Below are positions 40,460 to 48,769 of a stretch of DNA of 64,000 nucleotides, piece by piece. Position numbers and translations under genes: made by a program. Positions within the stretch are counted from its first letter, which is position 1. The number at the start of each line of letters is the position of its first letter. The stretch spans positions 128,001 through 192,000 of the forward strand of contig CBDDCK010000005.1 in the NCBI GenBank assembly GCA_965225855.1, written 5' to 3'. Source of the stretch: Spirochaetia bacterium. GTDB lineage: Bacteria; Spirochaetota; Spirochaetia; SP-2023. The notes beneath the pieces are model-generated. The model was not told where the DNA came from and ran no database searches. It was given only the letters and a program-made list of their open reading frames with translations.

Positions 40460-41881
40460 ATGGATACCTTTGATTCTGTATTGCGTTGTCAAGCTGCTCT
40501 TTATAGCTTGGATACAATTCGGTATGGTGGCAGAATTGAGCGAATACAAGGACAAATGCTTTATTGTAATGGGCCTGTTGCTCAAATTGGTGAAATCTGT
40601 CGTATATTCCCCTCAAAGTATAATCCTTATACTCGTCATAGCGTTAGTTCCGAAATAACAAACGAAACTGTACCTGAATTTTATGGTGAAATTGTGGCTT
40701 TGGAGCGAGAGCATTCCTATATACAGCTCTATGATCAACCGAATGGGCTTCGTATTGGCGATGGAGTGATTGCTTTGGGTCAAGAATTAGAAGTCCCTGT
40801 TTCGGAAGAGCTGCTCGGTCGAGTGGTAGACCCTTTGGTTAGGCCTTTAGATAATGGACCGCCAATTACGGCTTTCGTGAAGTATCCTGCTCAACGCGAA
40901 GCGCCAGAAGTAATGTCGCGCCCCCCTATTGATAGGCAATTGGGGGTTGGTGTACGGGCTATTGATGGTTTATTGCCTTTAGGAAGAGGCCAGCGTATTG
41001 GGATTTTTTCAGGTTCTGGTGTTGGGAAATCCACGCTATTGGGTATGATAGCTCGCAATACTGCGGCTGATATAGTGGTCATTGCTTTGATAGGAGAACG
41101 TAGCAGGGAAGTTCGTGAATTTTTAGAGCGAGATTTAGGGAAAGAAGGCAGAGAACGTTCTATTTTGGTTGTTTCGACATCGAATAGTCCAGCACTTTCT
41201 CGAATCCGTGGGGCCTACAGTGCAACAGCAATTGCCGAATATTTTCGCGATCAAGGCAAAGATGTTCTTTTGCTTTTTGATTCTGTAACCCGTTTTGCAA
41301 CGGCAGGGCGAGAAGTAGGTCTTGCTGTAGGTGAGCCTCCGACAGTACGAGGATTCCCTCCCTCTGTTTTTAATAGTCTTCCGTTATTATTAGAGCGTGC
41401 TGGTCGCAATGAAGTTGGCTCGATTACGGGAATTTATAATGTGTTGGTTGAGGGCGGGGATTTGGACGAGCCGGTATCGGATACGATTCGAGGTATTTTG
41501 GACGGGCATATTATTTTGTCGCGGCAATTGGCCGAACGCTACCATTATCCTGCTATTGATGTTCCTGCCTCTGTTTCTCGTTTGGAACAAAAAATTGCAG
41601 TACCAGAATTTATGCCTATTATAGCTCACGTAAAACGCTTATTATCGGTGTATCGTGAACGTCAAGATTTAATTGAAATTGGTGCCTATGCGTCAGGTAG
41701 TAATCCTTTGCTCGATGAAGCTATTGAGCGTTTAGCAGATTTGCAACAATTTTTACAACAAAGCATTCATGAAAATTCATCACTAGAGCAGACATCTCAA
41801 ATGTTGCTTGAATTAGTTGGTGGAGGTTTGCAAAATGAAAAAGTTCTGGATAAAGTGCAACGTTTGAGTGGGGTTAGATGA
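40460..41881 (+). CDS. fliI: Flagellar export ATPase FliI
   Basis: GSGVGKST, LIGERSREV, DSVTRFA, ILDGHI. Confidence 0.97.
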   Translation: MDTFDSVLRCQAALYSLDTIRYGGRIERIQGQMLYCNGPVAQIGEICRIFPSKYNPYTRHSVSSEITNETVPEFYGEIVALEREHSYIQLYDQPNGLRIGDGVIALGQELEVPVSEELLGRVVDPLVRPLDNGPPITAFVKYPAQREAPEVMSRPPIDRQLGVGVRAIDGLLPLGRGQRIGIFSGSGVGKSTLLGMIARNTAADIVVIALIGERSREVREFLERDLGKEGRERSILVVSTSNSPALSRIRGAYSATAIAEYFRDQGKDVLLLFDSVTRFATAGREVGLAVGEPPTVRGFPPSVFNSLPLLLERAGRNEVGSITGIYNVLVEGGDLDEPVSDTIRGILDGHIILSRQLAERYHYPAIDVPASVSRLEQKIAVPEFMPIIAHVKRLLSVYRERQDLIEIGAYASGSNPLLDEAIERLADLQQFLQQSIHENSSLEQTSQMLLELVGGGLQNEKVLDKVQRLSGVR

Positions 41882-42327
41882 AACAATTTCATTTTACTTT
41901 GGAAACTTTACGTACACTCCGTGAAGCAAAATTGGAACAACAGGAACATCATTTGGCTGTGGCCGTTACAGCATATAATCGCAAAAAGGGAGAACTAGAT
42001 GCGAATCGCAAAGCCTGTGCTAAAACTTGGGATAATTTAAATAGCGATCCCAGGCAATCTCATGCAGATTATTTATATGTGCAGCGTTTAGAAAAGCAAA
42101 GTCAGGAAATCGATGCAAAAATGCATGAAACGCACTTGGCAATGGAAGAAGAAAAAAAGCGGTATGCTGCTATGCGCAAAGACCTTCGAGTATTGGAGAA
42201 ACTGCGTGAGAATCAGTACCGTGAACACAAGAGAAAATTGGAATTAGAGCGAGATGAAGAAGCTGCTGAAATGAGCCGAGCGCACAAATTATTCAAATTT
42301 TTGAGTACAATTCCATTTATAGGGTGA
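41878..42327 (+). CDS. fliJ: Flagellar export chaperone FliJ
   Basis: MKQFHFTLETLRTLRE N-terminus, coiled coil, position after fliI. Confidence 0.85.
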   Translation: MKQFHFTLETLRTLREAKLEQQEHHLAVAVTAYNRKKGELDANRKACAKTWDNLNSDPRQSHADYLYVQRLEKQSQEIDAKMHETHLAMEEEKKRYAAMRKDLRVLEKLRENQYREHKRKLELERDEEAAEMSRAHKLFKFLSTIPFIG

Positions 42328-42340
42328 AAAAGGGAACTTG

Positions 42341-42955
42341 ATGATTCAAACGTTAATAAAAAGTATATTACTAGTAATTTTAATTATACTAATTTTGATC
42401 GGCGGTTTAGTTATTTTTGATTGGTTGGGGCTTATCAGTTTGCGCCAAGAATTGGCGCCTATTTTACGTTTAGTTGGTTTGAGTGCCCCTTCTGCTAAAA
42501 GTAATTTCGGTGAAATTGGAGCGGGTAGTAATTTTCTCAATGATGTGCGTTTGCGCCAGCAGTTAGAATCTTTGGAACTCAAGCGCAAGAATTTAGAAGA
42601 ACAAGAAAAAAAACTGCTCCAGCGTTCGGACGAATTAGATGAGAGAGAATTAGCTATTAACCAAGCAGAAGAACAGCTAGAGCAGCAGTTAATATCTTTG
42701 GAAGAAAGAGAAAATTTATACAGCAATCGCAATACCAAGGTAGAGCAGATTGCCCGCAATTTTAATGGAATGCCACCGGCTCAAGCTGTGGCTCAAATGA
42801 ACGAAATGGATGCTCTTTTGGTTGTGGATGTCTTACGTTCTGCCGATCGAATTGCCGTTGAAGAAAATGCCAATTCGCTGGTCTCTTATTGGATATCGCA
42901 AATGCCAGCTGCAAGAGGTGCAGAAATCAATAAATTGTTGGTAGAAAAGCCTTAA
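42341..42955 (+). CDS. flbB: Periplasmic flagellar collar protein FlbB-like
   Basis: N-terminal TM (FDWLGLI), coiled coil, GMPPAQAV and SLVSYWISQMPA; position after fliJ as in spirochaete operons. Confidence 0.78.
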   Translation: MIQTLIKSILLVILIILILIGGLVIFDWLGLISLRQELAPILRLVGLSAPSAKSNFGEIGAGSNFLNDVRLRQQLESLELKRKNLEEQEKKLLQRSDELDERELAINQAEEQLEQQLISLEERENLYSNRNTKVEQIARNFNGMPPAQAVAQMNEMDALLVVDVLRSADRIAVEENANSLVSYWISQMPAARGAEINKLLVEKP

Positions 42956-42975
42956 TATTTTATGCTTAAAAATAT

Positions 42976-44118
42976 ATGGCTAAATCTTTTGGCAACGGCA
43001 TGCTTTCTGAACGAATACAGTTGAAAGCCATTTTTTGGCATTCAATAATGTTTTTGTTGCCTGTCTATTGTGCGTGGCAAGGGTTGTATTTACAAAGGCA
43101 AGTTTGGTTTGGCTTGATGTTGTGGTCTTTGATGGCAATCTTTTTTCTGTTTTTTGTGAAGATGGAAAGCTTGTGTTTGCAAAGCAATGAAAATTCAGAA
43201 CAAAAAAAGAATTATTTTTTATCATTGATCGAAAAGATATTGTTGTTTTTTGGGCGTGCTAAGCTTCAAAAGACAGTAGATACAAGCGAACTCAATACAA
43301 GGCAGAATGTTATTTTTGGAGACTATGCCAATAACGGCAAAGGTCAAATTGCTTGGACAGAACCCGATGATGGTATCAGTATTGAGGCTTATTTAAAACA
43401 GCAGAACAAAGGGAAGGGCAAAACAGAAACAAAAACTGGTTTTGATTGGAACTGGAAAAATAGTAATTCCATTGATGATGAATCGCACTTACTTTTGGAA
43501 AAACAGCGATTTATATCCCCTCAACAATATTTGTGCAATTGGTTCCATGCAGGAATCAAACTATTAAATAAATTTTGGTCGGATTGGGAACAAATATGGT
43601 GCCTTTTTTTCCCTGCTAAAACGTCTCGGTTTTTTGCCTTGGTTTTATTTTGGCTTAGTAGTTTATTATGGTTCCCTGTTAGTTATTGGCTATTGCACAG
43701 CGCGAATGTCAATATTTTAGAATTGGGAGGTTTTATTTATTATGGCCAATCTGCTCGGGGGAGTTTGCTTGTTTTGCTGCTTTTTGCCAATTTGTGTTTG
43801 CCTATATTGACAACTCAAGTCGGTAATAAATTACAGCGTAGTCTTTCGCCGATAGGAAAGTTTCGCATTGTTTATCGTATTTGTGATATTTTCATAGAGT
43901 TGGGTTATTCTCTGGCAAGTTTGCTAGTGCTTTGGTTTTTTATTGCTAGCCGTTTTGGGGTTGCCAGCGGATTGGCTTTGTTATTAATTTTTGCCAATTT
44001 ATATCTAAGTTTGAATTTCCGGCGTAATAACTTAAAAAATGCTTCTAAGCTACTGTTATGGTTTCGTCAAGTGATTTTTCTTAGTATCGCTTTGGGTGTA
44101 TCTTTACATCTCTTATGA
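42976..44118 (+). CDS. Hypothetical integral membrane protein
   Basis: 380-aa ORF with several hydrophobic segments; no recognised motif. Confidence 0.65.
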   Translation: MAKSFGNGMLSERIQLKAIFWHSIMFLLPVYCAWQGLYLQRQVWFGLMLWSLMAIFFLFFVKMESLCLQSNENSEQKKNYFLSLIEKILLFFGRAKLQKTVDTSELNTRQNVIFGDYANNGKGQIAWTEPDDGISIEAYLKQQNKGKGKTETKTGFDWNWKNSNSIDDESHLLLEKQRFISPQQYLCNWFHAGIKLLNKFWSDWEQIWCLFFPAKTSRFFALVLFWLSSLLWFPVSYWLLHSANVNILELGGFIYYGQSARGSLLVLLLFANLCLPILTTQVGNKLQRSLSPIGKFRIVYRICDIFIELGYSLASLLVLWFFIASRFGVASGLALLLIFANLYLSLNFRRNNLKNASKLLLWFRQVIFLSIALGVSLHLL

Positions 44119-44281
44119 CTTATTGGGGTATTAGTCTCAATCCATAGTTATAAATCAGTCAAGGCCCCAAAAAAACTCCCAAAACATAGTTAGACTCCCC
44201 TGGCAGCAGCTTACTTTGTGTTGGGGGGTGGCTTTAATACTCCATCTTTAAGAATACGCCAAGTTCTGTGGGCAAGTTCAA

Positions 44282-44352
44282 TTACATTAATTTGAGCAAG
44301 CCCAAGGTGCTCATAATCAAACCAATAACTTCCCCCCAACCAACAACCCAAG
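44282..44352 (-). pseudogene. 3' fragment of the Bdr-like coiled-coil gene family
   Basis: Ends IGLIMSTLGLLKLM*, homologous to the end of 15950..16477. Confidence 0.7.
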
Positions 44353-44644
44353 GAACACTGTATGGCCAAAGTTGTTTGCGCAAAGAGCCCCGACTAAATA
44401 GTTGATCCGGAACATGATAACTGAACTGGATAAGAAAGACGCGATAACTCGGGATTTTTTTGGGACAAATGGAAGGTAAAAATTGGCTTACTTTCCAAAA
44501 TAAAAAAGCTAGTAAGGTTTCCAAAAAAAGCTAGTAAGGTTTTGACTGAAAACCTTACTAGCTTTTTTGATTTGCAACCTAGGGATTTTCCAACAAACCC
44601 GATCAACACTGTATAGCCAAAGCTAAAGTACCCTAACACTAAGA

Positions 44645-44735
44645 CACAAAAAAAGTACCCCAAACATAAAAAAAGCACAAAAAAACTTACAAAAAGCTTA
44701 TATGGGCCTTGACGCAACACCCCCCCTAGCAAAAT
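44645..44735 (+). promoter_or_regulatory. Lipoprotein promoter: phased A-tracts, TTGACG (44709-44714), C7 (44720-44726), CAAAAT (44730-44735)
   Basis: Conserved before all three paralogs. Confidence 0.6.
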
Positions 44736-44798
44736 AGGGATTTACACACTAGCCCGTATGGGTTGGCCAATCTTTATCCATTTTTGGAGGTATTGCTT

Positions 44799-46517
44799 AT
44801 GTATAAGCACAAACTATTTTTATTGCCAGTAGCATTGCTACTGGTCTTTATGGCCTTTGCCTGCGCCCCGCCCGATGACGATGATCGATCTTCTGCGCCG
44901 TCTAAGCCGACTATCAATAACGCCATCTACGACTTTGCTACGGCTCTGTTAACCGTACAAGGTTCTAACTTAAGTCCTACAGAAGCGCAAATCCAAACCA
45001 TCGTAGTAGATGGCGTAGCCTTCAGTTCCTATACTGCAGATGACGATGCCACTGGGCCAGATAATAGCAATCTGGCAAAAGGTAAGTACCGTATTAAAAG
45101 CGATGGCACAAAGCTTTGGCTTAGACTTACCGATCAACATAAAGCTGCTCTTCAGACCAAGGTGGGTATGAATACCAATGGTCTAAAAAAATGGTTGCTT
45201 ACTAGCACTGGTGCTTGGGCGGGTTTAAATACACCTAAAGACTTGGACGTTAGGAATGTACCCGATAAGCAGTCTAAAGTATCCGATGACAATCAGCCAT
45301 CTAAGCAAACTGAAGACGAACAAGTCGAACAAGCTGAAGAAGTCGAAGAGCAGTCGCCTAAGCAACCTAAAGACGAACAAGCTGAACAAGTCGAAGATAA
45401 GCAGTCTAAGACCGAAACCGAAGATCAGTCGCTTAAGCTACCCGAAGCCGCAATTACCCGTGCAACCTACAATGTTGGCACGGCGCTGTTAACTTTACAA
45501 GGTACTGACTTAGGTAGTGCGACCCAAGCCCAAATCCAAACCATCGTGGTAGATGGCGTAGCCTTAAGTTCCTATACTGCCACAGCCACTGGGGCAGATA
45601 GTCGCGGTCTTGCAAAAGGTAAGTACCGCCTGCATAGCGATGGCACAGCGCTTTGGCTTTACCTTACCGATGACGATAAAGATGCTCTGAATGGCAAGAC
45701 AGGTATGGATAGCAATGGTCTAAAAGATGGGTTGCTTACTAGCACTGGTGCTTGGGCGGGTTTAGATACAGCCAAACCCTTAACCGTTAGTGGAAACCCC
45801 GCACCCGCAATTACCCGTGCAACCTATGATGTAAATAGAGGCGTGTTAGTGATTACAGGTACTAATTTACCGACAACAGTTGCAGAATGGGACTTTAGCA
45901 AATTGACACTTGTATCCGGTGATCGTACTAATAGATTGACATTACCTCGGTTCATATTAGGTATAAGCAAAGCCACAGGTTCTGCAGTAAGTGCAACAAG
46001 CTTAACGATTACTTTAAGCGGTAGTGTAAAAGACAAAGCCGATGCTATATTGGTTAACGATGGTGTTCGTGATGAGTTTGGTGCATACAACCTGGAAGCA
46101 GCAGCAGGATTTGCCGGTGGTAGCGCTGAAGACACAACCAACCCGATTACCGTTAGTGGGTATACCATCATCAACGCATCATACAGCGCTAATACAGGCG
46201 AGTTAACTATTTATGGTAGAGGTTTACCAACAACAATTGCAGAGTGGGACTTTAGCAAATTGACGATTGTATCCCGTGATGGTAGTAAGAGATACACATT
46301 ACCACGGCACTCAACTGTAGGCGCAAACAGAGCCACAGGTACTGTAGCAGCTATAAAAGGCTTAAAGATTACTTTAAGCGGTAGTGTAAAACAGAAAGCC
46401 GAAGCTATAATGCAGGAGAGTTTTACTGTATACAAATTTGAAGCAGCAGCAGGATTTATACCTAGTAGTCCAGAAGAAGTTATTCTTACTAGTTATATTA
46501 GTAGGGATTCTAAGTAA
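44799..46517 (+). CDS. Modular surface lipoprotein, paralog 3 (2 A modules + 2 B modules)
   Basis: Signal MYKHKLFLLPVALLLVFMAFA-C; same modules; intermediate-length EQ linker. Confidence 0.88.
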   Translation: MYKHKLFLLPVALLLVFMAFACAPPDDDDRSSAPSKPTINNAIYDFATALLTVQGSNLSPTEAQIQTIVVDGVAFSSYTADDDATGPDNSNLAKGKYRIKSDGTKLWLRLTDQHKAALQTKVGMNTNGLKKWLLTSTGAWAGLNTPKDLDVRNVPDKQSKVSDDNQPSKQTEDEQVEQAEEVEEQSPKQPKDEQAEQVEDKQSKTETEDQSLKLPEAAITRATYNVGTALLTLQGTDLGSATQAQIQTIVVDGVALSSYTATATGADSRGLAKGKYRLHSDGTALWLYLTDDDKDALNGKTGMDSNGLKDGLLTSTGAWAGLDTAKPLTVSGNPAPAITRATYDVNRGVLVITGTNLPTTVAEWDFSKLTLVSGDRTNRLTLPRFILGISKATGSAVSATSLTITLSGSVKDKADAILVNDGVRDEFGAYNLEAAAGFAGGSAEDTTNPITVSGYTIINASYSANTGELTIYGRGLPTTIAEWDFSKLTIVSRDGSKRYTLPRHSTVGANRATGTVAAIKGLKITLSGSVKQKAEAIMQESFTVYKFEAAAGFIPSSPEEVILTSYISRDSK

Positions 46518-46594
46518 GTAAGGTTTGGTTGTTGCAACGCTTGCATTGGCAATTGCAACCTTGGTAAGTTTTTTATCAAGGCTGCTTTTGCCAA

Positions 46595-46639
46595 TTATAG
46601 CCTTGGTATGGAGAAAATACCAAGGCTATAAATTTTTTT
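46595..46639 (+). terminator. Intrinsic terminator of paralog 3
   Basis: TTATAGCCTTGGTAT-N7-ATACCAAGGCTATAA followed by a T7 run. Confidence 0.75.
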
Positions 46640-46692
46640 ATTAAGGCTACAAATTTTTTTGTCAAGACTGTAAATTTTTTTATTAAGGCTGC
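46622..46692. repeat. 21-bp tandem repeat (AAGGCTATAAATTTTTTTATT-type), 3-4 copies
   Basis: AAGRCT at 46622, 46643, 46664 and 46685. Confidence 0.8.
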
Positions 46693-46753
46693 TTTTGCCA
46701 ATTATAGCCATTCTGGAAAGTAGAAAAAAATCGAGTTATCACGTCCTGCATCA

Positions 46754-47614
46754 CGACCAGCTGGAGACCGAACGCTTAAACTTACAGGCAGAAAAAGTAC
46801 GTTTAGAAACAATTTTAGAACAGCGCAGCAATCTACAAAACCATTACAACAGCAATTGCAATATTTCCAGCAGCAGATGGAACAACAACATAAAGATGAA
46901 ATTAAAAATACTGTCCAGTTGGAGCTTTACTTAAAAAATCTACATAGCAAAACCAATCGGCTTAGCAACGATGCCTATACCTAACCGAGGCCCTTAAAGG
47001 GGATTCTAAACAGCAAGGGGCTTGGGAAGAAATGCAATCCCCGGCCAACGCTACATTATTATTGATTCTAAAGTATCGCTAAAGGCTTATCAGGTTTTGC
47101 TTTCTGCCAAAGCGGAAGAACAGAAATTGTTATTAAAAAAGCACACTGAATCTTTAGCCAAACATATAAAAGACCTTGCCAGCAAGGAATACCAAAAATT
47201 ACTAAGTATGCAAAAAAGCCCAGATTTTGTTTTGCTATTTTGCCCTATCGAAGGGGCACTAGCTGAAGCCTTGCGCCAGACAGCAATTTATTTGAAGAAG
47301 GTTTCCGCCGCCATATTGTGCTTGTCAGCCCTAGTTTATTATTTGTCGTGCTCCGCATTATTGAACAATTGTGGCGTTATGAAAAGCAACGCTCATAATG
47401 TGGCAGAAGTCTATACTCAAGCGGTTAAAATTTTGATAAGCTATCTTTATTTTGTCAGGACATAAGCAAAGTGGAACAGCAAGTGGGCAATTTGCACAAA
47501 AGTGTCGAACAAGCAGTGAACCGACTTTCTGGTGGCCGCCAATCCTTACTTAGACAAGTGCAAAAGTTACAGGACTTGGGTGCCGATACTACAAGAGAAT
47601 TGCCTATTGTTTAG
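46754..47614 (+). pseudogene. rmuC: 5'-truncated, multiply frameshifted rmuC
   Basis: Fragments LTEALKGDSKQQGAW, IIIDSKVSLKAY, HIKDLASKEY and SPDFVLLFCPIEGAL spread over different frames. Confidence 0.85.
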
Positions 47615-47741
47615 CTGAACTTCGTTGCGCTACTTGGTAATTGGCTACCAATCACAACTAGTTGATAAACTACCGTATCCACTGGAATGAGGGCCAGAGG
47701 AAATAGAACGGATACAATAACCCTATAAAGGAAGTTTCTCA

Positions 47742-48755
47742 ATGCCACTCACCTCTCAAACAGAATGCATTGTTCGCGATAATCATATTTATAGTGGGTT
47801 TAGTGATGACCCTTCCAAGTTCTTAATTTATGTTTGGGAAGGTCATTCCCAGCTACACGGTGGCAATCTCAAGATTTCTATGCCGCTAACGGTAGTGTCT
47901 CGCACGCCATTAGAACTAGGGCTAACTACAGACCCGCACACGAAATTGCCTCCTCGGATAACATTAGGTAAACCCATTCCACCAGAACCGCCGATTATCA
48001 TGGGTGGCGGTGTCCCCATCATTGGTTTAACCGCCAGTAGCAAAGTTGACCCTAAAACCCAAAAGCGCAGCGATGAATACAAATTTCTGCGTAGTCAGGC
48101 CTTACCTGCGCAAGAGCGCCACGAATACAAAGCTTATCCTGAAGATATACTCCCTGGGAAGAATACGCGCCACAAGAGGCTCCAAGAGCGCGATCAAACG
48201 ATTTACCACAGTTACCTTTCTCTTTCTTGGCAGTACTTAGGCTTGCAGGAACGCATTTTAGATTGCCTCAACAATCTGGAGTCGATTTGTATTGCCCACT
48301 GTATCCCTAGCGATATGCTGCAGCAATCGCTGTATAAGGGCAGCCAGAATATGCGCTTTAGCAGTGCGCTACGCCACCGTATGGAAACATTTATTTCCCA
48401 AGGTAGGGTTTCCCTTTTAATGGGGAATCTCAAGGCGGTTGCAACGCAAATTGAAGTCATCACAGGGCAAGCGCTGAGCGAGAATGAAATCCACGAGCTG
48501 GAGCGTTTTCAATCCTTTGAAGAGCTCGCTTCTTTGGATCGGGGATTGCCTGTGCTATATCTCTATCCATTCAACAATATTTATGAGCTGGAAAAAGCAG
48601 AGTTGAGCAACAATAATGAGACGAAATACAGCCAGAACACTGGTGGCCCAGCTAGCGATGCACAACAGCCACTGCCGCAATTCCGCTGCCTGCTACAGCC
48701 CGGCCCATTGCAACAGAAATTAGAAAACTATACCGATTCTTCGCTCTACCTCTGA
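47742..48755 (+). CDS. Hypothetical protein
   Basis: 337-aa ORF with an AAGGA RBS; no recognised motif. Confidence 0.6.
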   Translation: MPLTSQTECIVRDNHIYSGFSDDPSKFLIYVWEGHSQLHGGNLKISMPLTVVSRTPLELGLTTDPHTKLPPRITLGKPIPPEPPIIMGGGVPIIGLTASSKVDPKTQKRSDEYKFLRSQALPAQERHEYKAYPEDILPGKNTRHKRLQERDQTIYHSYLSLSWQYLGLQERILDCLNNLESICIAHCIPSDMLQQSLYKGSQNMRFSSALRHRMETFISQGRVSLLMGNLKAVATQIEVITGQALSENEIHELERFQSFEELASLDRGLPVLYLYPFNNIYELEKAELSNNNETKYSQNTGGPASDAQQPLPQFRCLLQPGPLQQKLENYTDSSLYL

Positions 48756-48769
48756 GCATAAGGTGCCAT

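Larger units (their letters stand above)
44403..46753 (+). mobile_element. Non-autonomous cassette with terminal inverted repeats carrying lipoprotein paralog 3
   Basis: Left end TGATCCGGAACATGATAAC...GACGCGATAACTCGGGATTTTTT; right end CGAGTTATCACGTCCTGCATCA; homologous to the ends of 28270-31390. Confidence 0.7.

Noticed and set aside
17071..46517. Diversity-generating retroelement acting on the lipoproteins
   Set aside because: No reverse transcriptase in the window, and the differences are not evidently restricted to adenines relative to any one template.
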